This document shows, piece by piece, positions 1-9,126 of a DNA stretch of 56,960 nucleotides. The stretch lies in UHGV virus genome UHGV-1359774. One strand, written 5' to 3'. Position numbers and translations under genes: made by a program. The notes beneath the pieces were generated by a model. It made no database searches, was not told the origin of the DNA, and saw nothing but the letters and a program-made list of their open reading frames with translations. Source of the stretch: a virus. Numbering within the stretch: position 1 is the first letter of the stretch; each line of letters begins with the position of its first letter.

Positions 1-320
1 ACCTGCACGATGCCAACCTGTGCGGTGCCGACCTGCACGGTGCCAACCTGTGCGGTGCCAACCTGTGCGGTGCCAACCTGCACGATGCCGACCTGTGCGA
101 TGCCGACCTGCACGGTGCCAACCTGCACGATGCCGACCTGTGCGATGCCGACCTGCACGGTGCCAACCTGCACGATGCCGACCTGTGCGATGCCGACCTG
201 CACGATGCCAACCTGTGCGGTGCCGACCTGCACGGTGCCAACCTGTGCGGTGCCAACCTGTGCGGTGCCGACCTGCACGATGCCAACCTGTGCGGTGCCG
301 ACCTGTGCGGTGCCAACCTG
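1..320. repeat. 15-nt periodic coding repeat (variants of ACCTGCACGATGCCA / ACCTGTGCGGTGCCG), about 21 units
   Basis: Direct reading; the same repeat appears at 56770-56960. Confidence 0.85.
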
Positions 321-527
321 GACTTTTCTTGCTGGCCGCTTTGGTGCGGCAGCAAAAACGTCAAAGCCGATGATCGGCTTATTGCGCAGCTTATCTTCCA
401 CGTCACAAGGTTGGATATTTCTTGCTGTTCTGGTGGCGTCCGCGAAGCTGTGGAACATATCCGGGCAATGGCCGTAAGCGACCTTTTTTGCGAATACCGC
501 AGTGATGTCTCAAAAATTGAAGAGTAG
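3..527 (+). CDS. Pentapeptide-repeat protein, C-terminal part (no start in window; in-phase continuation of the CDS beginning at 56693 if the molecule is circular)
   Basis: Frame 3 reads ...[19 protein letters not shown]... A(D/N)LxG units, then a non-repeat C-terminus ending at TAG 525-527. The ORF track shows only the two out-of-frame translations of the repeat. Confidence 0.55.
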   Translation: MHDANLCGADLHGANLCGANLCGANLHDADLCDADLHGANLHDADLCDADLHGANLHDADLCDADLHDANLCGADLHGANLCGANLCGADLHDANLCGADLCGANLDFSCWPLWCGSKNVKADDRLIAQLIFHVTRLDISCCSGGVREAVEHIRAMAVSDLFCEYRSDVSKIEE

Positions 528-537
528 GAGATATGGG

Positions 538-813
538 ATGAAAATCACCCTTCACTTGCCGATGTTCCTTCCCGGCGGCATCGCATACGACTTCACCACC
601 CCCGCAGAACTGCGGGATTTTTTGTCTCGGCTGACGACGCCTGAGGGATACGCGGACGACAGCCCGTCCACTGTGACTCTGAGCGCTGACGCGGCTTATA
701 CGCTGGCCGCCCTCGCAGTACGTGGGGAAAGCCTGCCGCGTACCGATGAAGAGCGCCACACGACGGAGAACCATAATCCAACCCAGGCCGCACTGGCCGT
801 TGCCAACACATAG
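538..813 (+). CDS. hypothetical protein
   Basis: ORF with AGGAGA RBS upstream of the ATG at 538. Confidence 0.3.
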   Translation: MKITLHLPMFLPGGIAYDFTTPAELRDFLSRLTTPEGYADDSPSTVTLSADAAYTLAALAVRGESLPRTDEERHTTENHNPTQAALAVANT

Positions 814-822
814 GAGGCTGCC

Positions 823-1161
823 ATGCCCATACGCGACACATTGCTGGCTAGACTGGCCGAAGCAGAAGAACGCATTCGGCAGCTTGAGAGCGATAACCGC
901 AAGCTGCGGCGTATGCTGCTGGCCCATGAGCAGGATTTGGAATCTCTGGAGCCCGGCCACTATGTCGTCACAAGCGACGGATGGAATGGCCCCTATCACA
1001 ACCAGAAGCAGGCTCTTGAACTGGGCAAGGACTTTGCCCAGGAAGATTTCAGCTTCACGGTTGAGATTGTGGCCCGGCATGAGGCCCAGGAGCAGCCTGA
1101 CGACAATGCCGGGCTGTATGCGCCCTGGACCATGAACCCGCCCGCGCGCGTGGCCGCGTGA
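823..1161 (+). CDS. hypothetical protein with N-terminal coiled coil
   Basis: GGAGG RBS 7 nt upstream; heptad-like N-terminus (LARLAEAEERIRQLESDNRKLRR). Confidence 0.45.
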   Translation: MPIRDTLLARLAEAEERIRQLESDNRKLRRMLLAHEQDLESLEPGHYVVTSDGWNGPYHNQKQALELGKDFAQEDFSFTVEIVARHEAQEQPDDNAGLYAPWTMNPPARVAA

Positions 1162-1400
1162 TGTGGGCCGAAGTATCACCCCGCCGCAACTGGCGGGGCT
1201 GGATCAGGGCCGTCTTCATCGTCTTGGTGTGGGCGGCCCTCAACTTTGTGGAGGATGTGGCATGGCCGTAATCACCTATTTTAACTCCGGCCGCCGTCGC
1301 GTGGTCGGCGTGCTGCCCATGCCTGATGGGGCGCGCAGGACTTTTCAGGGAACCAGTGTGGCGCAGGTGTTGCGTCTATGGAATGAAGCGAGGTCGCGGC

Positions 1401-1640
1401 ATGCGTTACGCTGTTTACGATAGGACGGACAGGCTGACGACACTTGCAAAAAACGCGGCATACATGCGCGAACGCTACCGCGCCTTGCGCAGCGCTGGGA
1501 TCTGTGTTCGCTGTAAAAATGCTGAGGCAATTCCCGGCATGTCCCTCTGCCGCGATTGCCGCCTCTGGAGCAATCAGCGACGCAGCGGCGCGGCAACGGC
1601 CCCGAGAAGCCCCTACAAGGATGGGCGAAGGAGGCAATGA
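1401..1640 (+). CDS. hypothetical zinc-ribbon protein (CxxC...CxxC)
   Basis: GAGGT RBS; motif CVRCKN...CRDC. Confidence 0.3.
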   Translation: MRYAVYDRTDRLTTLAKNAAYMRERYRALRSAGICVRCKNAEAIPGMSLCRDCRLWSNQRRSGAATAPRSPYKDGRRRQ

Positions 1641-1777
1641 TATGTGTATCCACAGAGGCGAGTGCCCGCATGCGGACATGACGTGCTCCACAGTCACATT
1701 TTGCCCGCTTGCGGATGATGAGGTTTATGTAGGCCCCGTGCAGGGGCCGTTTTTGTTCCAGCATGGAGAAAATAACT

Positions 1778-2662
1778 ATGACACAGTCAGCGGAACAGCT
1801 TTCGGAGCAGGCCAGCCGTTCTGCCAAGCCATTGAGCAATCAAGAGTTTGAGCAGGCTTTCGGCTTCAATCCGGCCCCTTTCTCATTGGAAAGCGTAGTA
1901 AGCAGCAAGGGCTTCCCACCGCAAAAGGTTGTGATCTACGGCGTGCCTGGCGTGGGCAAAACAACATTTGCCGCCACATGGCCCAAGCCCATACTGCTGC
2001 GCACGGAAGACGGCGCTTCGGCCTTGGATGTGCCGACCTTCCCCATGGTGGCCCGCAGTATTTCTGACCTGCGCGACGCATGCAACGCCCTGCTCCGAGG
2101 GAAACATGACTTCAAAACTTTGGTTCTTGATTCCCTGGATTGGACGGAGCCCATTGTCTGGCGCGAGGTTTGTCAGGAAGGACAAAAGAAAAACATCGAA
2201 GATTTCGGATATGGCAAGGGTTATGTCAAGGTAGACGACAAATGGCAGGCCATACAGGCGGGGTTTGAAAAGTTGCGCGACAAATGTGACATGCATATTG
2301 TCTGCATTGCACATGCTGTTCCAACTGTATTTGACCCACCCGACGCCGATCCTTACCAAAAGTACAACGTCAAACTGCACAAGCGTGCCTCTGCCATCTG
2401 GACGGAATGGGCAGAGATGCTGCTTTTTGTGAACTACAAGGCCAAGATTGTCACTGCCGAGGGAAGCTCCAAAGGAAAGGCCTTTGGTAAGGGCGAACGC
2501 GTCATCTACACGCAGGAGCGACCGGCCTACCAAGCCAAAAGTCGCTGGCCCCTGCCGGAAGAAATTTTTATCGGCCATGATTCCACATGGGCCGCGTTCC
2601 ATGAAGCGCTGAACGAAGCAAGCGAAGGGAAATACAACTATGAACATGATCGATCTGAATGA
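1778..2662 (+). CDS. P-loop ATPase, phage Sak4/RecA-like or AAA family
   Basis: Walker A GVPGVGKTT; GGAGAAA RBS before the second ATG; position in the early operon. Confidence 0.6.
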   Translation: MTQSAEQLSEQASRSAKPLSNQEFEQAFGFNPAPFSLESVVSSKGFPPQKVVIYGVPGVGKTTFAATWPKPILLRTEDGASALDVPTFPMVARSISDLRDACNALLRGKHDFKTLVLDSLDWTEPIVWREVCQEGQKKNIEDFGYGKGYVKVDDKWQAIQAGFEKLRDKCDMHIVCIAHAVPTVFDPPDADPYQKYNVKLHKRASAIWTEWAEMLLFVNYKAKIVTAEGSSKGKAFGKGERVIYTQERPAYQAKSRWPLPEEIFIGHDSTWAAFHEALNEASEGKYNYEHDRSE

Positions 2663-3323
2663 CGAACAGGAACAACGAGAACGCAACTACGGCCCCGTGC
2701 CTTGCGGCAGCAAGGTACTTGTGCGCCTTGAAGTGCAAAAGCCTAAATATGCATCCCGCGATGATGAGATGGTAGCCATGACCAAGAGCGGTTTGCTCCA
2801 GCTTCAATGCAAAATTGAAGTCTGCGCCGGAAGCTACGAAGGGTGCTGGTGGTACGAAAACATTACGTTACCATCCCGTATCCAGACCATCAGGCTGGAC
2901 GAAAATCTCCAGACGGCTTGCCGCATAGGCGGCTCCATGCTCAGGGCAATCATTGAATCCGTGCGCAGCATTGATCCAAAGGCTAGTGATCAAAAAGCCA
3001 CGCGCGCACGCCAGATCAATTCCTGGCTGGACTTTGACGGCCTTGAATTCCCCGTGCGTTTGGGCATCGACAAGCGCCCCTATGAAGGAAAGGACGGCAA
3101 AACGTACTGGAATAATCGTCTGGGAAGCGTCATCCCCTGCACGGCCAAGGAATACGCCGACATCATGGCTGGGGGTGAGATTATTACCGATGGCCCTGTA
3201 TCCGGTGAAGAATCCTATAAAAACGGGCGACAACCGTCCTATGGACAAAATGGCGTCCAGGTCCGGGAGTCCCTGCCGTATGACGGTACACCGCCGCCTG
3301 ATGATGATCTTGTGCCGTTCTAA
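2640..3323 (+). CDS. phage early protein, possible ssDNA-binding partner of the ATPase (DUF669-like, tentative)
   Basis: Translationally coupled to the ATPase gene; RBS present; no motif recognised with certainty. Confidence 0.4.
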   Translation: MNMIDLNDEQEQRERNYGPVPCGSKVLVRLEVQKPKYASRDDEMVAMTKSGLLQLQCKIEVCAGSYEGCWWYENITLPSRIQTIRLDENLQTACRIGGSMLRAIIESVRSIDPKASDQKATRARQINSWLDFDGLEFPVRLGIDKRPYEGKDGKTYWNNRLGSVIPCTAKEYADIMAGGEIITDGPVSGEESYKNGRQPSYGQNGVQVRESLPYDGTPPPDDDLVPF

Positions 3324-3379
3324 CATCCCCTCCTGCCACCTCAGCCCGCGCCCGCCCGGCGAAAGGCGGGCAATACAAA

Positions 3380-3811
3380 ATGGCAGACCGCACGCCCAAG
3401 GCCGCGTCTATTTTGCTCAGAAAAGAGGGCAAAACGCGGTCAATTTTTTTGTTCAATTTTGAGCGTTTTTCCGGGCAAAGCGAAGATGCCGGAACCTTCC
3501 GCGTCAAGATAGACGGCTGCTGGCACTGCCCGGACGGCAAGTACACGGCCATTGGCCCGCACGCCGTAGCTGAGCTCGTGCGGAGCTGGCTGACAGACAA
3601 CAATCCAGCGCCGCGCCCCGAAGGGCTCGACAAGCCCGTGCGCGTCTTCGCCCATTGGGAGCCTGATGAGGAGGATGATCCCGGTTGCGGGAGGGCATGG
3701 ACAAAAACGCCGCCGCATCTGGGCGCAGACGGGCGGTGGTGGATATGGGTAGACGGCCCGCGCCTAGTGCGCTGCGAAGACGTGCGCGTGCTGGGGCGTG
3801 GAGAGTTGTAG
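3380..3811 (+). CDS. hypothetical protein
   Basis: ORF in the co-directional early operon. Confidence 0.35.
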   Translation: MADRTPKAASILLRKEGKTRSIFLFNFERFSGQSEDAGTFRVKIDGCWHCPDGKYTAIGPHAVAELVRSWLTDNNPAPRPEGLDKPVRVFAHWEPDEEDDPGCGRAWTKTPPHLGADGRWWIWVDGPRLVRCEDVRVLGRGEL

Positions 3812-4098
3812 TGATTTGCTCCCGTGGCCGTGGAGACTCCGGCGAGGCTCTAGCCGGGGAAAAGTGCAACGGCGGGGCGATGCCTTCACCGTCCTCATGT
3901 CAATCCCTGAGCAGCCATGCCGGGCGGCGTTGTAGTCCGGCTTAATTCAACTCACGGCAGGCGCATCGCGGGCGAGCCGCGACGAAATGAACAGATAGAG
4001 TCCACGGCTAAGCCTGTTCTAGCGCGCGTAGTTATGCTTACACGACGTGGTGCCGTGCAAATCGGCAGCCTGCCATTAAAATAACATAGGGAGCAACC

Positions 4099-4881
4099 AT
4101 GCGCGGAGATATCCGTCAATGCGGCCTGCCAGGGTACGAGCTTGGCGACTACATCCGCGAGGCAATGGATTTTCTGCGCGAGCACGAACCGCCAGAAGGC
4201 TATTTTGTGGGATTCAGCGGCGGCAAGGACAGCATCACGTCCTTGGAACTGTGCCGCATGGCTGGGGTTAAGCATCAGGCATATTATAGTTGTACTCGCA
4301 TTGATCCGCCGGAAATGTACCGATTCATCCGGCAGCATTACCCCAGCGTGACATGGCTGTATCCAAGCATGACCATGTGGCAGGGCATAGAGGCCAAGTT
4401 TCCCCCGCTCATCACACGCCGTTGGTGCTGCGATGTCCTCAAAAAAGACCCAGCGAAAAGTCATTCTTTGAAAAACAGTATCATGGGCATCAGGGCAGAA
4501 GAAAGTACCAATCGAGCCAGTAAACCTCGCATAGCAACTTTTTACGGGAAGACTACATACAAACCGATTTTTAGCTGGGAGGAATGGGCCGTGTGGGAGT
4601 TTATCGAAGCGTTCAGCCTACCGTATCCGTCACTTTACGATGATGGTTTTGGACGTATCGGCTGTGTGGTGTGCCCGTACTTGCTGGGCGCGGGCGAAGC
4701 AAAAGCAATTCGTCGCGCCAGGTCAATGCAACGCTGGCCCGGAATCTGGAAGACTTTTGAGCACGCGGTAAAGCGCTGGTGGAGAGAGAAAAAAAACGGA
4801 GGCCTGGACGCGACAAAAACAAGTCGCATCAGTGAAAACGCCGACGACTACTGGCGGGCGTATCTCAATGGGTTCGAGTGA
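4099..4881 (+). CDS. phosphoadenosine-phosphosulfate reductase family PP-loop protein
   Basis: PP-loop motif FSGGKDS near the N-terminus; AGGGAG RBS. Confidence 0.6.
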   Translation: MRGDIRQCGLPGYELGDYIREAMDFLREHEPPEGYFVGFSGGKDSITSLELCRMAGVKHQAYYSCTRIDPPEMYRFIRQHYPSVTWLYPSMTMWQGIEAKFPPLITRRWCCDVLKKDPAKSHSLKNSIMGIRAEESTNRASKPRIATFYGKTTYKPIFSWEEWAVWEFIEAFSLPYPSLYDDGFGRIGCVVCPYLLGAGEAKAIRRARSMQRWPGIWKTFEHAVKRWWREKKNGGLDATKTSRISENADDYWRAYLNGFE

Positions 4882-4995
4882 GCCTCCCCTCTGACCTGCC
4901 GGGAACTTCCCGGCAGCGATTGGGCGGAGGACCGCTAACTGCGGACGGCTACAGCAGAGTCCAATCAACCTCAACCCGGCAAAAAAGTAGGGCAC

Positions 4996-5268
4996 ATGGA
5001 TATACCGACAAAGGCCAAACAGGGAGAGCCTTGCACTCGTTGCGGTCAGTGCTGCGCCCATGAAGTGTGCGGCGTTATGCTGGCAGTCAATCCCGATGCA
5101 AAGCCTCCCTGCCCCCAACTTGGATACAACCGGGAGCGCAACGAATTTGCATGTAGGGTTGTCCAGCTTGAGCAATTCATCGAACCGCGAGGCAACTGGC
5201 CAATAACTGCGGCCTTGGGTATCGGGGAAGGATGTGACTCGGTTGATAACGCTATGGAGGTTTCATGA
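4996..5268 (+). CDS. small Cys-cluster protein (CxxCxxCC, putative metal/Fe-S binding)
   Basis: Motif CTRCGQCCAHEVCG. Confidence 0.35.
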   Translation: MDIPTKAKQGEPCTRCGQCCAHEVCGVMLAVNPDAKPPCPQLGYNRERNEFACRVVQLEQFIEPRGNWPITAALGIGEGCDSVDNAMEVS

Positions 5269-6194
5269 CCACTAAAATCGAATGGGCCGACGCCACCATC
5301 AATCCCGTTGTCGGATGCACTAAATGCAGCGATGGATGCCGCTCATGCTATGCAGAGAGGTTCGCGGCTCGGATGGTGAGGCATCCGAATCCGAAGATCA
5401 GCGGCAAGTACGCAGACGTGGTGGACGAGCATGGAAAATGGACCGGGAAGACCAATATCGCTGACCACATGGATTTTTCCAAGCTCTATGGCATGCGTAA
5501 GTCAAAGCGCATTTTCGTGGGCAGCATGACTGACCTTTTCCACGCCAGTGTAAGCATTGAGACTCTGCGCGACATATTCAGCAGCATGTCGCTGTGCTCA
5601 CAGCATACATTCATGTTGCTGACCAAGCGTCCGGAACGCATGGCGGACTTTCTCCGTGAGTATTTTTCCACCCCGCTGCCGAATCTGTGGCTTGGCGTGA
5701 CGGTCTGTAACCAGGCCGAGGCCGACGCCAAAATTCCCGTTCTGCTCCAGACTCCGGCGGCTGTCCGGTTTGTGAGCGTGGAGCCATGCTTGGGGCCGGT
5801 GGATTTACGTGGAAAGCTTTGCCACTGGACGTGCCCTGACGGTTCCGGGAGTTGGTTTTCTCCGGTGCCGGGAAAAGTCCATCATCGTTTGCTCGACTGG
5901 GTCATTTGCGGCGGCGAAACCGGCCCCGGCGCGCGGCCCATGCATCCTGATTGGGTGCGTGGCCTGCGAGACCAGTGCCAGGCGGCGGCCACCCCGTTTT
6001 TCTTCAAGGGCTGGGGGGAGTTGGTAACAGAAAACCAGAGCCCGGAAGATATTGTGTTACCGGGTCATTCCACGATTCCTCATGGGTGGAAGGGCCGGAA
6101 ATATGAAGATTCTGTGTACCGTGTCGGCAAGCGCCGCGCTGGCCGTCTGCTCGACGGGCGGGAGTGGAATGAGGTGCCGGAGGTGAAAGCATGA
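5265..6194 (+). CDS. phage Gp37/Gp68 family protein
   Basis: N-terminal signature TKIEWADATINPVVGCTKCSDGCRSCYAE typical of that family; GGAGG RBS. Confidence 0.65.
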   Translation: MTTKIEWADATINPVVGCTKCSDGCRSCYAERFAARMVRHPNPKISGKYADVVDEHGKWTGKTNIADHMDFSKLYGMRKSKRIFVGSMTDLFHASVSIETLRDIFSSMSLCSQHTFMLLTKRPERMADFLREYFSTPLPNLWLGVTVCNQAEADAKIPVLLQTPAAVRFVSVEPCLGPVDLRGKLCHWTCPDGSGSWFSPVPGKVHHRLLDWVICGGETGPGARPMHPDWVRGLRDQCQAAATPFFFKGWGELVTENQSPEDIVLPGHSTIPHGWKGRKYEDSVYRVGKRRAGRLLDGREWNEVPEVKA

Positions 6195-6472
6195 GCGATG
6201 TAGCCCATCAATTCAGTCTGCCGGGCCTCTCCATTCTTGACGCAAGTGACGCTCCTCCCGGCTATCTCGCTGTTCTCAAAACTGACGCTTGCCCTAAGGA
6301 CAGTAACGAAAATTGTTGTCGCTTCTGCGACTGGCGACCTGAATGCCAGAAAGGGAGCCATGCGGCGCGTTGCATGCCATATCCTGCGGTGCTCCAGGAC
6401 GGGAGCCTGTGGGAGCGGAAGGACGGTTGTAGCGTCGTTTTCAAAAAAATGGAGGCCGAAAATGACCGCTGA
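6191..6472 (+). CDS. hypothetical Cys-rich small protein
   Basis: ATGA overlap with the upstream stop; multiple Cys (CCRFCDWRPECQ). Confidence 0.3.
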   Translation: MSDVAHQFSLPGLSILDASDAPPGYLAVLKTDACPKDSNENCCRFCDWRPECQKGSHAARCMPYPAVLQDGSLWERKDGCSVVFKKMEAENDR

Positions 6473-6776
6473 CGAATGGCTGGCCGACCTGGAGGACAAG
6501 GCTCAAGAGGCAGAGCAAGGGGAATGGAAAGCTATAACCAAAGAGTTCTTCGGTGACGTCAGCAGTGAAGTGGAAGTAAGCAGCGGGACTGTCGCTTATG
6601 ATTTGAATCCCGACGACGCGGCATTTATCGCCGCAGCCAATCCCGCCACCGTCCTGCGGCTCCTGGGCATGATACGCTTTTTAGCCTTTTCTGCTGCCCG
6701 TAGCCGAGGGCTGTTCGATGACCCCGCATATTGGATTGATACCGCCTATGTCGCAACGGAGAAACTACATGGCTAA
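6459..6776 (+). CDS. hypothetical protein
   Basis: GGAGG RBS before the ATG at 6459. Confidence 0.35.
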   Translation, partial: KMTADEWLADLEDKAQEAEQGEWKAITKEFFGDVSSEVEVSSGTVAYDLNPDDAAFIAAANPATVLRLLGMIRFLAFSAARSRGLFDDPAYWIDTAYVATEKLHG

Positions 6777-6984
6777 ACAACACGGCTTATCCATCAAGGA
6801 GCAGGCTATTTTATTGTGGGCGTTGTGCGTAGACGGCGACACCCCTAACAGCTGTCCCTGCAATTTTATACAGGACGTTGAAACGTGCCCTTTTGAAGAG
6901 GATTGTGAAGAGGTGAAAGACGGGGCGTGGCTCCCCTTCCTCGAAAAACGCGTACCCCCAGAGGATCAAGGTGGTGGAGCATGA
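6769..6984 (+). CDS. hypothetical protein
   Basis: GGAGAAA RBS. Confidence 0.3.
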   Translation: MAKQHGLSIKEQAILLWALCVDGDTPNSCPCNFIQDVETCPFEEDCEEVKDGAWLPFLEKRVPPEDQGGGA

Positions 6985-7520
6985 AAGAGCGCCCGATACT
7001 CTTCAACGGCGACATGGTCAGAGCGATCCTGGCCGGGCAGAAGACGCAGACGCGGCGAATTCCCTCCAAAACACAACAACACGCATTATTTTGCCCCTAC
7101 GGTCATCCCGGTGACCGTCTGTGGGTACGGGAGCGGTGGGCTACGGATATGTCTTTTGACGATCTTCCGCCACGGATGCTCCCGCCTCGTGGTATGCCGA
7201 TCTACTATCACGCCACAGCACAATGTATGGACTACAAATGGCGGCCATCCATCCACATGCCCCGCTGGGCCTCGCGCATCACCTTGGAGATCACCGATGT
7301 CCATGTGGAACGGGTGCAGGATATCCATGAAGAGGATGCTATTGCAGAAGGGATCGATCCTCGAAAACTTTCATATCTCTCGGGAGAAAGGGCTGTGACC
7401 AAATTTTACGTTCTGTGGAATTCCATCTACGCCGCAGACGGCCTTGGCTGGGACGTAAACCCGTGGGTCTGGGTGGTCACTTTTAAGCGTATGGAGAATC
7501 AGAAATGCCCGAAGAACTGA
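6981..7520 (+). CDS. ASCH/PUA-like domain protein (tentative)
   Basis: N-terminal ILFNGDMVRAILAGQKTQTRR resembles ASCH-type beta-barrel starts; AGGTGG RBS. Confidence 0.35.
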   Translation: MKERPILFNGDMVRAILAGQKTQTRRIPSKTQQHALFCPYGHPGDRLWVRERWATDMSFDDLPPRMLPPRGMPIYYHATAQCMDYKWRPSIHMPRWASRITLEITDVHVERVQDIHEEDAIAEGIDPRKLSYLSGERAVTKFYVLWNSIYAADGLGWDVNPWVWVVTFKRMENQKCPKN

Positions 7521-7966
7521 CGTCCAAAAATAAAATAGAAATATTGTCTGTACTTTATGGACCGTATGGGTGCACTTCGCTGTTTGTCTCCGGGATCACC
7601 TCCTCTATCGGGAAAAAAGAATGCGAAGCAATGCAAAAGGCTATCGCTAGTGCGTTGGATGGAGATATGGAGCCGCGCCCGAACCTCCGCGCCCCGCGCA
7701 TCACTCCCAACGACGCCGACTGCAAGGGCTGCCCCGAGCGTCGGCCGGCCCTGGTGTGGACGAAGGAGCCGCCCACGGTGCCGGGGTGGTATTGGTACCA
7801 TCGTTACTTTTCTAATCCTCGTATTGTACAGCTTATGTACCGGGGGCTTGATACCGATCGACTGGTAGTGTCCTTCGCAGGCAATGAAGAAAATGAATGG
7901 GTAGAAGACATGGTGGGCTGGTGGGCCGGGCCCATCCCCATGCCGGAGGAGAATGGAAATGAATAA
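7505..7966 (+). CDS. hypothetical protein
   Basis: GGAGAA RBS. Confidence 0.35.
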   Translation: MPEELTSKNKIEILSVLYGPYGCTSLFVSGITSSIGKKECEAMQKAIASALDGDMEPRPNLRAPRITPNDADCKGCPERRPALVWTKEPPTVPGWYWYHRYFSNPRIVQLMYRGLDTDRLVVSFAGNEENEWVEDMVGWWAGPIPMPEENGNE

Positions 7967-8789
7967 ACTGAAAATTTTTGAAAAGGCTGAGTTCGGTTCC
8001 GTCCGCGTGGTTGAGCACAATGGAGAACCGTGGTTTGTGGCGAAGGATGTTTGCGAGATTCTTGCACTGGAAAACCCGCGCTCAAGCCTTGCTCTTCTGG
8101 ACGAGGATGAAAAGGGGGTCCATATTATAGACACCCCTGGCGGAAAGCAGGAAATGACCATTGTTTCCGAATCCGGACTCTATTCCTTGATCTTCCGTAG
8201 CCGCAAACCCGAGGCCAAGTCTTTCAGCAAATGGGTCAGGGCCGATGTTTTACCCTCATTCCGCAAGAATGGTTTCTACGGCCAGCCGCCCGCCCTCTCC
8301 CGTGAGGACATCCTTTCTCAAGCCCTTGAAATCATCGGCGGCGAAAATGCGGCCCTGAAACAACAGCTTGCCATCGACGCCCCCAAGGTTGAATTTGCCG
8401 AAGCCGTCAGCGATGCGGAAGGCGGCATGACCATTAACCAGTTGGCAAAGGTTCTCCGGCAGCGCGGCATCAAGCACATGGGACCGCACAATCTTTTTCA
8501 GGAAATGCGCAAGCATGGCTTTCTCATGCGCCAGCGCAAGCACTGGAATGTCCCACGTCAAAAATATATCGAGAAGGGCTGGTTCAAAATCACGGTGCAT
8601 CTGTCGCCGGAAGACGACGGCATACAGTACGAAACAACCGACTTTGCCATCACCGGACCGGGCCAGCTTGGGCTGCTAGCCTTTTTTATGGACAAATACG
8701 GCATCAGTCGCCAGCTTTCTTTGCTGGACGGAAGACGGAGCTGCGGGGCAAGGACGGTCCCGGCTCCAAAGGAAGGTAGGCCACAGTGA
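7959..8789 (+). CDS. phage antirepressor, Bro-N domain plus KilA-C/ANT-like C-terminus
   Basis: FGSVRVVEHNGEPWFVAKDVCEILAL is a canonical Bro-N block. Confidence 0.65.
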   Translation: MNKLKIFEKAEFGSVRVVEHNGEPWFVAKDVCEILALENPRSSLALLDEDEKGVHIIDTPGGKQEMTIVSESGLYSLIFRSRKPEAKSFSKWVRADVLPSFRKNGFYGQPPALSREDILSQALEIIGGENAALKQQLAIDAPKVEFAEAVSDAEGGMTINQLAKVLRQRGIKHMGPHNLFQEMRKHGFLMRQRKHWNVPRQKYIEKGWFKITVHLSPEDDGIQYETTDFAITGPGQLGLLAFFMDKYGISRQLSLLDGRRSCGARTVPAPKEGRPQ

Positions 8790-9088
8790 CAGACCACCTC
8801 CTGAGACGCAAAGACATCGCGGCCATGCTGGGCACAAGCCCCGGCGTGGCCGCTTCCATTTTGGCGCAACACGGCGTTCATCCCATCGACTTCGGCTTGG
8901 GGCGAGGCCGTGGGCCGCGCTGGCTGGAATCTGCTGTACGACAGATCATTCTTGAGATGCACCAAGACGCCCAGCCCAAGCCCAAAGAAACGCGACAGTC
9001 CAAGCGACCGCCTGCCCCTTCGGTATCGCTCACCAACATGAGCATCAACGATATTTACAAATTGACCCAAGGCCCATGCGTCCAGTAG
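8786..9088 (+). CDS. xis: excisionase-like / AlpA-type small DNA-binding protein
   Basis: GTG start with AAGGAAGG RBS; HTH-like RRKDIAAMLGTS; directly upstream of int. Confidence 0.45.
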   Translation: MTDHLLRRKDIAAMLGTSPGVAASILAQHGVHPIDFGLGRGRGPRWLESAVRQIILEMHQDAQPKPKETRQSKRPPAPSVSLTNMSINDIYKLTQGPCVQ

Positions 9089-9126
9089 CCTATTCCTGGC
9101 ACATTTGGCGCATGATGGAGGACATC

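Noticed and set aside
1-320. Regular 15-nt repeats at both window ends, considered as a CRISPR-like array or satellite
   Set aside because: The units are contiguous with no spacers, and they maintain a single open reading frame encoding canonical pentapeptide repeats.
10-477. ORF-track entries 10..477 and 20..373 (MPTCAVPTC... and MRCRPARCQ...)
   Set aside because: These are out-of-frame translations of the 15-nt pentapeptide repeat. The real frame (frame 3) has no Met within the window because the gene starts at 56693.
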